64,000 nt of DNA, taken from NCBI GenBank assembly GCA_963804955.1, contig CAWDSQ010000035.1:27373-91372 (forward strand), given 5' to 3'. This stretch comes from an uncultured delta proteobacterium (lineage in GTDB: Bacteria > Desulfobacterota > WTBG01 > CAIYCZ01 > CAIRTM01). A model generated the notes under the pieces. That model was given only the letters and a program-made list of their open reading frames with translations, searched no databases and was not told the origin of the DNA. Positions 31,707 through 44,203 of this stretch are shown piece by piece; positions within the stretch are counted from its first letter, which is position 1, and each line of letters opens with the position of its first letter. The position numbers and the translations under genes were made by a program.

Positions 31707-32883
31707 TGGCAAAACGAGTCGGAGCAGAAGGATCGTTTGCAGTTGCCGAGGCTGTTCGTCTTGCCGATACGGATGTTGTGGCAGCCTATCCCATAACACC
31801 TCAGACCCATATCGTCGAGCGCCTCTCCGAAATGGTGGCCGACGGCGACCTTAATGCAAACTTTATTTATGTTGAATCCGAGCATTCGGCCATGAGCGCC
31901 TGTCTGGGCTCTGCGGCTGTTGGCGCCCGCACCTTTACCTCCACGGCAGGCCAGGGCCTTGAGCTGATGCATGAGGTGCTCTATCTTGCCTCATCCATGC
32001 GCCTGCCGATTGTTATGGCGGTTGCCGACCGTGCGCTGTCGGGCCCCCTGAATGTCTGGGGCGACCATTCAGACGCCATGGCAACCCGCGAATGCGGCTG
32101 GATTCAGTATTTCGGCGAAAACGCCCAGGAGGTGTTTGACCTGACCCTGTGCGCCTTTAAAATAGCCGAGCATCATGATGTGCTCTTCCCGGTCATGGTG
32201 CATATGGACGGTTTCCATGTCTCGCATGTGGTTGAGCCCTATTTGCTGCCTGACAAAGAAGAGCTCGGAGACTTTTTGCCCCCGATCGACTATCCCTATC
32301 CGCTTGACCCCAATAAGCCGGTAACCATGGGCGCTTTTGCCCCGCCGGCGGTCTATTCCGAGTGCCGCAAGGCCCAGGATGTGGCTGTCAACAGCACCCA
32401 TCGGCACCATCGAGAACGTGTGGAACGAATTCGGCAAGCGGTTCGGCCGGCAGTACAAGCCGATTGAGACCTATAAGACCGAAGATGCCGAAACCATTCT
32501 GGTTTCTATCGGCAGCTTCAACCAGATGGCAGCGGTAGCAGTCGATAAGCTGCGCGTCAGAAGGCAAAAAGGTCGGCCTTGTCCGGATTCGCCTGTGGAG
32601 GCCTTTTCCGCTGCAGGCATTCCGCCAGGCAGTAAAGTCAGCCAAAAACGTTGTCGTTTTTGAGCGCTCCATGACCTATGGCGGCACGGTGGGCCCGGTC
32701 TGCGCCGAGGTAAAATCGGCGCTGTACGGCATCAAGGGCGCCCCGCGCGTCATGGATTTCATCGGCGGCCTGGGCGGCAGAGACATGAGCCCGAAGCAGT
32801 TTGAGGCTCTCTTCAAGCGCGCTCAGGAAATATTCGACAAAAACCTTGATATTCAATATGAAACGATTGGAGTGAGAGAATGA
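31706..32883 (+). CDS. porA: Pyruvate/2-oxoacid:ferredoxin oxidoreductase alpha subunit (frameshifted)
   Basis: AAYPITPQTHIVE, ESEHSAMS, GDHSD, GGLGGRD. Confidence 0.92.
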
Positions 32884-33810
32884 GCACATTTAAATACACT
32901 TCAAAAACTTAGAAGCGCCGGGGAACTGTTCATGCCCGGCCATCGCGCCTGCATCGGCTGCGGCGAAGTGCTTGCCATGCGCCAGGTCTGCAAGGCCCTG
33001 GGCAAAGACATTATCATCGCTAATGCCACGGGCTGCATGGAAATCATTTCATCGCCGTTTCCCACGACCAACTGGGACGTGCCCTGGATTCACGCGCTGT
33101 TTGAAAACACCGCTGCAGTGGCCTCGGGCGTTGAGTCGGGCCTGGATGCCATGAAGCGCAAGGGCAGGGGCCCTGCGCAGGACGTGACGGTTGTTGCCAT
33201 GGGCGGCGACGGCTCAACGTTTGACATCGGCCTGCAGTCGCTTTCAGGCGCCCTTGAGCGCGGGCATAATTTCATCTATGTCTGCTTTGACAATGAAGGC
33301 TACATGAACACGGGCATTCAGCGCTCCTCGGCCACGCCCTTCGGCGCCTCGACCACGACATCGCCGGTCGGCAAAAACAGCATCGGCCAGACAACGCAGA
33401 AAAAGGATATGCCCCTCATAGCCCTTGCCCATCATATACCCTATATTGCCACCTGTACGCCGGCCCATCCGACGGACCTTGCCAAGAAGATCAAAAAGGC
33501 AAAGGAGATCAAGGGCCCGGCATATATTCATGTGTTCAGCCCCTGCCCCACGGGCTGGGGAACGGACTCTGATGTGGCCATCGAGCTGTGCCGGCTGGCT
33601 GTTGATACGGGTGTTTTTCCCCTGGGCGAGTGCGTGTACGGCACCTACGCGCTCACGAAGCACATCAAGGAGCTCAAGCCTATCCGCGATTATATGAAGC
33701 TGCAGCGCCGGTTCCGCCATCTTTCCGATGATGTGATCGATCAGATTCAGGCGCAGGTGCGTGAGCATTATGAAATTGTCAAGTCCAAGTGCGGCGTGGC
33801 AAGTAATTGA
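32880..33810 (+). CDS. porB: Pyruvate/2-oxoacid:ferredoxin oxidoreductase beta subunit (frameshift near start)
   Basis: GHRACIGCG, TPP motif GGDG..DNEGYMNTG, SPCPTGW. Confidence 0.92.
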
Positions 33811-33837
33811 GTTTTGGTTTTTCGTGGAAAGCAGCAC

Positions 33838-33862
33838 AAGCCTCCTTGCTACCGGAGGCTTT
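33838..33862 (+). terminator. Terminator after porB
   Basis: AAGCCTCC..GGAGGCTTT followed by T-rich sequence. Confidence 0.6.
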
Positions 33863-33970
33863 CTGCTTTCTTTTGACAGCTTCTTGAGAAGGCCCTGTCT
33901 TTGTTGCGGGGTGTGGTGTAAGTCCTGCACCTATGCAGGTATGCGCTTTTTCACATGCGTTGGAGCACTT

Positions 33971-34994
33971 ATGAACGACGACAATCTGCGAAAAGGGCCA
34001 TGGCAGGGCCAGCAGCCGCCCGATATCGCGGAGTTTTTAAAAAAGCTCCGCGAAGGACTGCCGGGGGCCGGTATTATCGGCGGCCTGATCCTGATCGCTT
34101 TCATCGCCCTGACCTGCTGCTACAGCATACAGGCCGGCGAGGTGGGAGTCGTGCAGCGCTTCGGGAAGTTCGTGCGCCTATGCAACTCCGGGACTTAACT
34201 TCAAAATGCCTGCGGGCATTGAGAGCGTCATGCGTGTGCCCGACCAGTATATCGCCACGGAAGAATTCGGCATGCGCACCGTGAACCCCGGCGTGCGCAC
34301 CCAGTATGCCCCGGAAAAGCAGTTCGTCGACGAGGCGCTTATGCTCACGGGCGACCTTAACTGCGCCCTGGTGCCCTGGATCGTGCAGTACCGTATCAGC
34401 GACCCCTATAAGTATGTTTTCAAGGTGCGCAACCGGCAGCTCATGCTGCGCGACTTTTCCGAGGCTGTTATGCGGCAGATCGTCGGGGACCGCAGCATCA
34501 ACGAGGTGATCACCGAACGGCTCGAGATAGCAACCGAGGCAAAGCGCCAGCTGCAGGCATCACTTGATGCTGCCGAGACGGGCATTCAGGTGGTGAACCT
34601 GGAGCTGAAAAACACAACCGTGCCGGAGCCGGTGCAGCCATCGTTTAACGAGGTCAACCAGTCCGTTCAGGAAAAGGAGAAAATGATCTATCAGGCCCGC
34701 GAGGCCTACAATAAGATCATCCCCGAGTCAAGCGGCGAGGCCGAGCGCGCCATCAAGGATGCCGAGGGCTATGCCCTTGAGCGCATCAACCGCGCCACCG
34801 GCGATGCCAACAGGTTTTCCTTTCTGCTCAATGAGTATATCAAGGCAAAAGACGTGACGCGCCGCAGGCTCTATCTTGAGGCCATGGGCGCGGTGCTCCC
34901 GAAGCTCGGCAGCAAATATATTATCGATCCGGAGCAGAAAAGCCTTCTGCCGTTTCTGAATCTGAATGAAAAAGCCGGGGAGAAGAAGCCATGA
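33971..34994 (+). CDS. hflK: FtsH protease modulator HflK (frameshifted)
   Basis: GVVQRFGK, MLTGDLN, VQPSFNEV, TRRRLYLE. Confidence 0.92.
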
Positions 34995-35943
34995 TGAAGC
35001 GTTATGCAGGAATTATCGCAGCACTGGTGCTCGGCTTTTTTATCTTCGGGCAGCCGTTCTACACGGTTAACGAGACCGAGCAGGTCATTATCACGCAATT
35101 CGGCAAGCCTGTCGGTGATGCCGTGACCGATGCGGGGCTGCATTTCAAGGTCCCGTTTATTCAAACGGTCAACAGCTTCCCTAAAAACCTGCTTGAGTGG
35201 GACAGCGATCCCGGCCAGATTCCCACGCAGGATAAAACGTTTATCTGGGTTTCCGCATTTGCCCGGTGGCGCATAAAAGACCCTCTGGCTTTCTACAAGG
35301 CCGTAAACAATGAACGGGCGGCGCAGAAAAAGCTTGATGACATTCTTGACGCGGCGACATATAATTTCGTGACCTCGCATCATCTGATCGAGATCGTCCG
35401 GAGCTCAAACCGGCTGATGAAGGCTGAAAACATAGTTACGGTCGGGCTTCCCGACAAGGCCGCCGAGCAGCTGCAGATAAAGGTGGGCCGGGAGGAAATG
35501 GCGCGTCTCATTCTTGAGCAGGCATCACCCGAAGCTCGTGCAGTTCGGCATCGAGCTTGTTGATTTTCGCATCAAGCGCATCAACTATGTTGAGGAAGTG
35601 CTCAAGAAAGGTCTATGAGCGCATGATTGCCGAGCGCAATCAGATATCGGAAAAGTTCCGCTCCGAGGGCAAGGGCGAGAGCAAGAAGATACAGGGCGAT
35701 CAGGAGAAGGAGCTGCGCCGGATTCAGTCCGAGGCGTACCGAAAAGTTGAAGAGATCAAGGGTAAGGCCGACGGCGAGGCTACGCGCATCTGCGCCGAGG
35801 CTTTCGGCCGCGACCCCGAGTTTTATTCATTTGTCATGACGCTGGATATTTATCGCAATGCGCTCAACGCCGATACCAATGCGATACTGAGCACGAACAG
35901 CGATTTTTTTAAATACTTTAAAGAATATAAACCGTCAAATTAA
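34991..35943 (+). CDS. hflC: FtsH protease modulator HflC (frameshifted)
   Basis: [36 protein letters not shown]. Confidence 0.92.
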
Positions 35944-35956
35944 GGAGGAACACAGC

Positions 35957-36232
35957 ATGGCACATAAAAAAGCGGGCGGCAGTTCACGCAACGGACGCGA
36001 CAGCGCGGGCCAGCGGCTGGGCGTCAAGCGCTACGGCGGCCAGGTCGTCAAGGCCGGCAATATTCTCATCCGCCAGATCGGCAGCACGGTGCATCCGGGC
36101 AAGAATGTGGGCATGGGCAGAGACTATACCCTGTTTGCCCTGATCGACGGCGTGGTGCAGTTTCAGCGCTACGGCAAAGACCGCAAGAAAGTAAGCATCA
36201 TTCCTGTTTCAGCTGACGTTACCGCTGCATAA
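35957..36232 (+). CDS. rpmA: 50S ribosomal protein L27
   Basis: [24 protein letters not shown]. Confidence 0.98.
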   Translation: MAHKKAGGSSRNGRDSAGQRLGVKRYGGQVVKAGNILIRQIGSTVHPGKNVGMGRDYTLFALIDGVVQFQRYGKDRKKVSIIPVSADVTAA

Positions 36233-36245
36233 GTGAAGGCAGACC

Positions 36246-37386
36246 GTGTCGGCGGACGCGATCAGAAAAGACATTGTCGGCAAGGTCCGGCGGGTTGTGG
36301 TGAAGCTCGGCAGCTATGTGCTCACCACGGCCTCATGGAGCCTTGACCGCAAGGTTTTTACCGATGTCACGGACTCGATAGCGGCACTGCGTGCCACGGG
36401 GATCGAGTTTGTTGTCGTGTCTTCAGGGCGCAGTGGCCTCAGGCATGGGCAGGCTCGGCCTGAAAGAGCGGCCGCGCGTGCTGCAGCAGGAGCAGGCCGC
36501 CGCGGCCGTGGGGCAGATAAGCCTCATGGCCTACTGGGAGAAGATGCTGTCGCGCCACGGCCTGCACGCGGCGCAGATTCTGCTCACCCACGGCGACGTG
36601 CGCGACCGCAAGCGCTTTCTGAACGCGCGGCATACCCTGACAAGCGTGCTTGAATTCGGCGCCGTGCCGGTCATCAATGAAAACGATACGGTCACGGTCG
36701 ACGAGATCAAGTTCGGCGACAATGACTACCTTTCATCGCTGGTCACCAATCTCGCGCAGGCCGATCTCCTGATCATACTCACCGATATCGACGGCGTGTA
36801 CGATAAAGACCCGCGCGCCAACCCCGATGCAAAGCTGCTGCCGCTCATAAAGACCGTTGATGAAAGCATCGAGGAGCTGGTTTTCGGCTCCAAGAGCAAG
36901 ATATCCCGCGGCGGCATGGCAACAAAAATCAAGGCCGCAAAGACTGCGGCACTGTTCGGCGTTCCCACCATCATCGCAAACGGCAAGCGTGCCGGCACGC
37001 TGCAGGACATATTCGCCGCCAAACAGGTGGGCACCCTCATTCTTCCCGAAAAAAACAAAATTACCAGCCGCAAGCACTGGATAGCTTTCACCCTGAAGCC
37101 CCATGGCGTTATTTGCGTCGATGACGGCGCAAAAACAGCCATGATGGACAAGGGCAGAAGCCTGCTGCCGTCGGGCATCGTGAGCGTCAAAGGCGACTTC
37201 GGCCCGGATGAGGCGGTGAGCTGCTGCGACAGGGATGGCGTTGAATTCGCCCGCGGCCTTGTCAAATACGGCTCCGGCGATATCGATAAAATCAAGGGCC
37301 TTAAAACCGATCAGATCGAGGAAGTGCTCGGGCATTTTGCAGAGCCGGAAGTCATACATCGGGATGATATGGTGATTCTGGGATAA
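36246..37386 (+). CDS. proB: Glutamate 5-kinase (frameshift ~36425)
   Basis: VVKLGS, PVINENDTV, FGDND, GGMATK, PUA domain ending IHRDDMV. Confidence 0.95.
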
Positions 37387-37495
37387 TTAAATAAATTGTT
37401 TTATTACGTTCGATTGGTTTAATTGGTTGGATTGGGTTGAGTTTATACACCCGAAACTCATCAATTTAATAATTGTTTTTATTGGAAATGAACCT

Positions 37496-38753
37496 ATGGG
37501 TATCACACAACAGATTACCGAACTTGCCGTAAAGGCGCGTGAAGCCTCACGGGCCATGGCAAAGGTCGACTCCGAGCGCAAGAACCGCGCTTCTGTACGC
37601 CATGGCGCGATTGCTTCGGGAGCGAAAATCCCATCTGCAGGCTGAAAATGCAAAAGACCTTGCCGCAGCGCGTGAGCAGGGCCTGTCGGCGGCGTTTATC
37701 GACCGGCTGACCTTGAGCGATACGGTTATAGAGAGCATGGCCGCAGGCCTTGAAGATGTGGCGCGGCTGCCCGATCCCGTGGGCGAGGTCACGCGCATGT
37801 GGAAGCGCCCCAACGGCCTGCAGGTCGGCAAAATGCGCATACCCCTGGGGGTCATCGGCATGATCTATGAGTCGCGCCCGAATGTCACCATCGATGCCGG
37901 TAGCCTGTGTCTCAAGTCGGGCAATGCCGTTCTGCTGCGCGGCGGCAAAGAGGCAATCAATTCAAATCTGGCCCTTGCCGCCATTATGCAGCAGGCGCTT
38001 GAAACGGAAAACATACCGGCAGCCGCCGTGCAGGTCATCCCCATGACCGACCGAACGGCTGTCATGGAGATGCTCAAGCTTAAAGAGTATATCGATGTTA
38101 TCATTCCCCGGGGCGGCGAATCGCTCATAAAGACCGTCTATGAAAATTCGCAGATTCCGGTGATCGCCCATTACAAGGGCGTCTGCCATGTCTATATTGA
38201 CGAGAGCGCCGATTATGCGATGGCCGAGAGCATAGCCCTCAATGCCAAGGTGCAGCGGCCCGGCGTGTGCAATGCCATGGAGACGCTGCTGGTGCATAAG
38301 AAGTTTGCAGACAGGCATATGGCCGGGCTCATGGAGAGCTTCAGAAAAGCACAGGTCAGCCTCAAAGGCTGCGGCCGGACACGGGCTCTTGATGCGGCCG
38401 TTGCCGAGGCAACCGAGCAGGACTGGCATGAGGAATATCTTGATCTCGTGCTGGCCGTGAAGGTCGTCAAGGATATGGACGAGGCGCTGGACCATATCGC
38501 AAAGTATGGATCAAAACATACCGAAGCCATTGTGACGCAAAATTATGACAATGCCCGGCGCTTTCTTGCCGAGGCTGATTCATCGGTAGTGCTGGTGAAT
38601 GCCTCCACGCGCTTCAATGACGGCGGGCAGCTCGGCCTCGGGGCGGAGATCGGCATCTCGACCTGCAAGCTGCACTCCTTCGGGCCCATGGGCCTTGAAG
38701 AACTGACGACGACCAAGTTCATCGTCTACGGCGACGGTCAGGTGCGGCAGTAA
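37496..38753 (+). CDS. proA: Gamma-glutamyl phosphate reductase (frameshift ~37590)
   Basis: [34 protein letters not shown]. Confidence 0.95.
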
Positions 38754-38849
38754 GATAGTTCGGAGTTCGGAGTGCGTGTTCGAAAATTCCCCGGGGGCTG
38801 AAAAATTTACGGCCTCACTCAGATCCTTTGTCGTACAGGAGACTGTCGT

Positions 38850-40806
38850 ATGAAAGAGCTCTGCGGATGGACCGGAAAATTTCTTCGCATCAACCTCACC
38901 GCTAAAACGTGCCAGCCGGATTCAATCCTGCAGCATGCAGAGCGCTTCATCGGCGGCCGGGGCATTGCAAGCCGCCTCTACTGGGAGGAGATGAACAGCG
39001 CTACCGGCGCTTTCGACCCCGACAATACCCTCTATTTCATGAACGGCCCCCTGTGCGGCATGCATGCACCCGGCGCATCGCGCTGGGTGGTGCTCGGAAA
39101 ATCGCCCATGGCCATCCCGAGCAGTACGCCTTCGGCAATCTCGGGGGCTCGTTCGGCGCAGCGCTGAAATGGGCGGGCCTTGACGGCCTTGCAATCAGCG
39201 GCGCATCCGGCAAACCCGTCTATCTGATGATCGGCCCTGACGGGACCTGCTCTTTTGAAGATGCCGGCGATCTCTGGGGCAAGGACACTGAGCAGGTGCT
39301 CGCGCTGCTGGTGCAGCGCCATGGCCCCGGGGCCCAGGTGCTGGCTATCGGCCCGGCGGGCGAGGCGCGCGTGCGGTTTGCCAACATTATTGCCACGGGC
39401 GGCGCGGTGGCGTCCAAGGGCTTCGGAGCGGTTCTGGGCGCGAAAAACCTGAAGGCCATTGTGGTCAAGGCTCCCCGCCGGCCGCTCCCTGAGGCGCGGC
39501 CCGATGAAGCCAGAAAGGTGCGCCGGGAAATTACGGCCCTGTGGAAGGGCGCCGCGTCCGGGCGGTTCTGGAGCGAGCTGATGCTTGAGGATGTTGAAAA
39601 GGTGAAGCATGAGCCCTGCGCCGGCTGCCCGGGCATCTGCCGCCGCGGCATCTACAAAAGCCCCACGGGCGAGCTGGGGCACCGCAAGAACTGCGTATCG
39701 TCGGTGTTTTACTATAATCATGAGATGGAGCGCACGGGCAAGATGTCCACTGCCACGTTCCATGCCACGCAGGTTGCAAACCGGCTCGGCGTCTGCATGC
39801 TTGAGCTGCGGTTTATGCTCCACTGGCTGCCCGAGGCGATACAGCGCGGGCTTATCGATCCGGTGCAGACCGGGCTTGCCGTGGAAGAGATGGGCACGGA
39901 CGCGTGGATCGACAACCTGGTTGAGCTTATCTGCAGCCGCCGGGGCGTCGGAGATCTTCTTGCCGAAGGCAGCCGCCGCTGCACCAAAGCCTTGGGCGCC
40001 GAAGACCTCATCGAGGGCCTTGTCACCGCCGCGGGCTTTGACGCCGACTTTTACACGCCCCGCCTGTTCCTGGCCAATGCCCCCATCTACGCCACCGAGC
40101 CGATCTACCCCATCACGCAGCTGCACCGCATCAGTTTCCCCATGCTTAAATGGATCATCTGGTACGGCACCGAGGGCATGATGGGTTTTCTCGACACGGA
40201 CAAGCTGCGCACGCTGGCCCGGACATTCTGGGGCAGTGAAGAGGCCCTGGCCTGCGACACGCCCGACAAAAAGGCCGAAGCCGCCATTTTAAATCAGAAC
40301 CGCTGCTACGCCATGGAAAACATGGTCTTCTGCGACTGGTTCTGGCCTATTGAGTACTCGGCAAACAGCCCGACCGGCGTGGGCGACCCCGGGCTTGAGG
40401 CGCGCCTTTTTTCTGCCCTGACGGGTGTTGACATGGACCTGCCGGGCTATCTGCGCTCGGGCGAGCGCAGCGTCAACCTGTGCCGCGCCATCTACCTGCG
40501 CGAGGGCAGGCAGGGCCGCGCAGGCGACGTGCTGGAGCCTTTCAATCACAGCGTTCCGCTGGCAGGCCAGGATCCGCCCATCGGTCTCTTCAATCCCGAG
40601 CTGCTTCATGCCGATGAGCGACGGCGAAATACGATCACGCCTTGGTGCCATCGTGGAGCCCGGAGATTTTTAAGCGAATTATGGACGACTACTACCAGGG
40701 CCGCGGCTGGGATCTGTCTACGGGCTTATTCACGCGGGAGTGTCTTGCAAGGCTTGACTTGACCGATATGGCCCCCGAGCTTGAAAAAAAAGGATTTATT
40801 AAGTAG
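38850..40806 (+). CDS. Second, divergent aldehyde:ferredoxin oxidoreductase family protein (frameshifted)
   Basis: GWTGKFLRINL, IGGRG, GFGAVLGAKNLKA, GDLLAEG; YYQGRGWD in the last frame. Confidence 0.85.
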
Positions 40807-40919
40807 AATAATTAAAAGAGGCTTCAGCAGGGTCTTTGCACGCCTCCTGAAACGGGATGGTTTTTTTAAGAACAAAAACCTGCGTCAAGAGAACACTTAC
40901 GTTATGGGGAAGGGGGATC

Positions 40920-41460
40920 ATGGCACTTCGAACATATGTTTTCAGCCTCATGGCAGTGTGTTTGCTTCTTTCCGGCTGCTATGAGTCGAAATACGCCCTT
41001 TCATCCTCCGATGCTTCCCGCATTGACACGCGCCTTTTGAAAACCTGGATTGAAGAGTCGCAACAGCTCCGGCGATAAGCCCTACAGGGTTGAGATATGC
41101 AAATTCAACGACAGGGAGTATTTCGTCGCTTTTTGCAATGACAACGGCACCGCAACCATCGCCCGCGCATTTACCTCCATGATCGACACTGTGCCTGTTT
41201 TGAACATGCAGGGCATAGAATCTGAAAAACCCAAAGACAGAACCTTCGTATTCTTCAAATATTCTTTCTCCCCCGACGGCAGACTCCAGACATGGATGAT
41301 CAGCAGCGATTCGCCCCTTCTGGAGAAGAAGGCATTTTCGTCCCAGGCCTCGTTTGCGGCATATATCAAAAAACATATCCATGATAAGCGCCTCTTCGGG
41401 AATATGCAGCGCTTCAGGCCCGTTGACGGCATGCACCTGAAACTGTTTTTTGAGCCCTAA
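40920..41460 (+). CDS. Hypothetical lipoprotein (frameshifted)
   Basis: Lipobox LLSGC; continues in ORF 41050-41460. Confidence 0.65.
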
Positions 41461-41524
41461 AAACGCCCCTGCGGCTGTTCGTGCCCGTGGCGGTCAGGAT
41501 CAAACCATAATCAAGGAGGGAGCC

Positions 41525-41858
41525 ATGATTTCAGTGCAAAGAAAAAATCTGATTATTGCAGTTTCTGTTTTTCTGCTGCTGTTTGCCGTGGCTGAGTTTG
41601 CCCCGTCCCGGAGTGCCTGCGCGGCAGAAGTTAAAGGCCCTGTGCAGCTTAATGCCGGCATCACGCTGGCAGACAACCTTGTCGCCCTCACGGGCAAAAC
41701 CGTTACCATAACATTCAGCAGGCGGGCCGTCGATGACCGGCATCGTGAAAGAGGTAAAAAACGGCCTTGTGCATCTTGAAAAACTCAGCCAGAAAGAGTT
41801 CTATGACGGGCTGGTAAGCATCGATAAAATAGTTGCTATAGAAACAAGGGTCAGGTAG
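41525..41858 (+). CDS. Small secreted hypothetical protein (frameshifted)
   Basis: AGGAGG RBS, signal peptide; shifted frame VKNGLVHLEKLSQKEFYDGLVSIDKI. Confidence 0.6.
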
Positions 41859-41871
41859 CTGCAAAGACAGC

Positions 41872-42732
41872 ATGATGCGAAAAGAGCTTGAATCCCCCCT
41901 CGCCATATGGATTGAGAATACCATACGGGACTTTCTTCAATCGCCTGCAAACAGCCTTGGCACAGATCCGTATGAGCCTGCCTGGGGAGAGCCGCTGGTG
42001 GGGTTTTCCCGGGGGGATGACCCCCTGTATCGTCAGTTTAAGGAGGATATAGGGCCTTTTTACCTGACGCCCGAGGAGATTTTCAGCCGGTCATTTCCCG
42101 CAAGGCCTGTTCCTGCCAAACACTTGACCGTTATCAGCTGGGTTTTGCCGCAGACGGAGGCGACTAAGAGCGAGGCTCGCAGAGAATTCTGGTATCCGTC
42201 GGAACGCTGGGCCCGGTCACGGAAATACGGCGAGGATAGCAATGTGCTTTTGCACGAGCATCTTGCAGGCACGCTTCAGCGCGCTGGATATAAGGCTCTG
42301 GCGCCATCACAGTCGCCCCTCTGGGCTTTGGCTGCATCAGAGCTCTTCGGCCTCTGCTCGAACTGGTCTGAGCGGCATGCAGCCTATGCTGCGGGACTGG
42401 GCACCTTCGGGCTGTGCGACGGCCTTATCACGCCTGTCGGGAAAGCCATGCGCTGCGGCTCGGTGGTTGCCCGTATGGATATTCCGCCGACAAAGCGCCC
42501 CTATACCGACCCGCACGCCTACTGCCTTTTTTTCTCCAAAGGCACCTGCGGCGCCTGCATTATGCGCTGTCCTGCCGGGGCTATTTCCGATAAGGGACAT
42601 GACAAAGAGAAATGCAAAGCCTATATGGCCAATGCAACCCTTCCGTATGTTCATTCCCGATTCGGCATACAGACCCATGCCTGCGGCCTTTGTCAGACAA
42701 AGGTGCCCTGCGAGTCAGGAATTCCGCGATGA
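41872..42732 (+). CDS. QueG-like (epoxyqueuosine reductase family) Fe-S protein
   Basis: WSERHAAYAAGLGTFGL, CGACIMRCP, CGLCQTKVPC. Confidence 0.8.
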   Translation: MMRKELESPLAIWIENTIRDFLQSPANSLGTDPYEPAWGEPLVGFSRGDDPLYRQFKEDIGPFYLTPEEIFSRSFPARPVPAKHLTVISWVLPQTEATKSEARREFWYPSERWARSRKYGEDSNVLLHEHLAGTLQRAGYKALAPSQSPLWALAASELFGLCSNWSERHAAYAAGLGTFGLCDGLITPVGKAMRCGSVVARMDIPPTKRPYTDPHAYCLFFSKGTCGACIMRCPAGAISDKGHDKEKCKAYMANATLPYVHSRFGIQTHACGLCQTKVPCESGIPR

Positions 42733-42896
42733 GGGCATTGTGCGATCCGGCCGTGCTCGCGGTCTGGTTCATATTTTATAGAAAAAAGTTCTGCATCTTT
42801 TAGTAAATATGATAGCTGTTATGTACATAGTTCATGTATCCGCGGAGCTGCGCGACATGGGCGGGATAAGAATAATCGGATTGACCGGAGGGCACG

Positions 42897-43722
42897 ATGA
42901 CAGATACTGCCAGACCTTTTACACCGTTGTCTATTGAAGCAACCTCCCTGCCTGATGCCTGGTTTCAGACCGTTTACAAGTGCATCGAAACAGGCAGGGA
43001 TTTTACCATTGACCGCGGGTCGTATGCGGGCATGAAGCGCCTGGAGTTCGACTATGTGACCGTACATATCCGATTCCCCGGCGCGCGGCCCCTGCTGCCG
43101 CAGATTCCGCCGCAGTATAATCTGCCCAACCCTGTTGCCGATGATTATATCGACGACTATCTTCCCTACCTGATGACCGGCCAGACCAAGCCCGGCGAGT
43201 CCTATACCTATGGACAGCGCATCTGCAAATATCCCATACCCGAAGGGTTCTTCGATTATGCGGACCGCAGGAATCACGATATCGTCATTCAGGAAGAGGA
43301 GGTGTGGGAGAATGAGCGCATAATCGTTCGGGAAAACGGCAAACTACTATCTAAACCAGATCGAGCTTCTCATCTGGACTTATAAAAACAAGGGCTTCCG
43401 CAATAACCAGATGGTGCTGCAGGTGGCGCATCCCACGGACATGGTGCTGCAGGATCCGCCGTGCCTGCGCGCTATCGACACGCGCATTCAGGATGGCAGG
43501 CTCAACTTCATCATATACTTCCGCTCATGGGATCTCTGGGGCGGGTTCCCTGCAAACCTTGCGGGCATTCAGACCATGAAAGAGTATATCGCATCCGAGA
43601 TCGGCGTGGACGACGGGGAGATGATCTGCTCCACCAAGGGCCTGCACCTGTACAATTATGTGTGGGAGCTTGCCGAATGCCTCCGCGGCAAAACCATGGA
43701 TGAGTTCCGGCAGGGAAAGTAG
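42897..43722 (+). CDS. thyA: Thymidylate synthase, short type (frameshift ~43345)
   Basis: YTYGQR, DPPCLR, FRSWDLWGGFPANL, GLHLY. Confidence 0.85.
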
Positions 43723-43895
43723 ACAATTGTGGATGTGCGGAAGCATCCGCCGCTGCGGGCGACTGTGTATGTGATGCCCTGCCTGCAAGGCGGGGCATCC
43801 CGGTTCTTAACCTTGATTTAATCAGATACCTGCCTTTTCATGCAGGCCTTGCCGTTTCAGACCATGTTGTCAACCCAACAGGAGACTCACCCCCC

Positions 43896-44030
43896 ATGGA
43901 AGCAGCAGCACTTGAAAAAACAGATGTGATTTTAGAAAAATGGCGACCGCAAAAGGGCAACCTCATCATGATTCTGCATGAGGTGGAAAACACCTACGGC
44001 TATATACTACGTAAAGCGGGGGGAGTGTGA
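43896..44030 (+). pseudogene. N-terminal fragment of a NuoE/HndA-like subunit
   Basis: Hand translation MEAAALEKTDVILEKWRPQKGNLIMILHEVENTYGYI then stop; the 2Fe-2S cysteines are missing. Confidence 0.65.
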
Positions 44031-44143
44031 TTGAAAAGGAGAGAAGGTGAAGCCCATTTTTACTGCGTACTTCTATCTGTAGCAATAGGCTATGCACTGC
44101 GCACCACAAACAATTGAGCAGGAGCGCTCCATCGGGCTTTTAA

Positions 44144-44188
44144 TTGACAGATCAGGCATTTGTAATTATAATTACAATTGTAATTACA
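44144..44188 (+). promoter_or_regulatory. Consensus sigma70 promoter with overlapping palindromic operator
   Basis: TTGACA (44144)-17 bp-TATAAT (44167); palindromes TGTAATTATAATTACA and TGTAATTACA. Confidence 0.8.
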
Positions 44189-44203
44189 CAGATGGAAGGT
44201 TTC

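Noticed and set aside
39032..40126. Long antisense ORFs (also 20117-21247, 29555-30469, 7223-8005)
   Set aside because: Shadows of GC-rich genes on the opposite strand.
43816..43830. FNR-like box TTGATTTAATCAG
   Set aside because: Spacer is one base short and the right half-site is imperfect.
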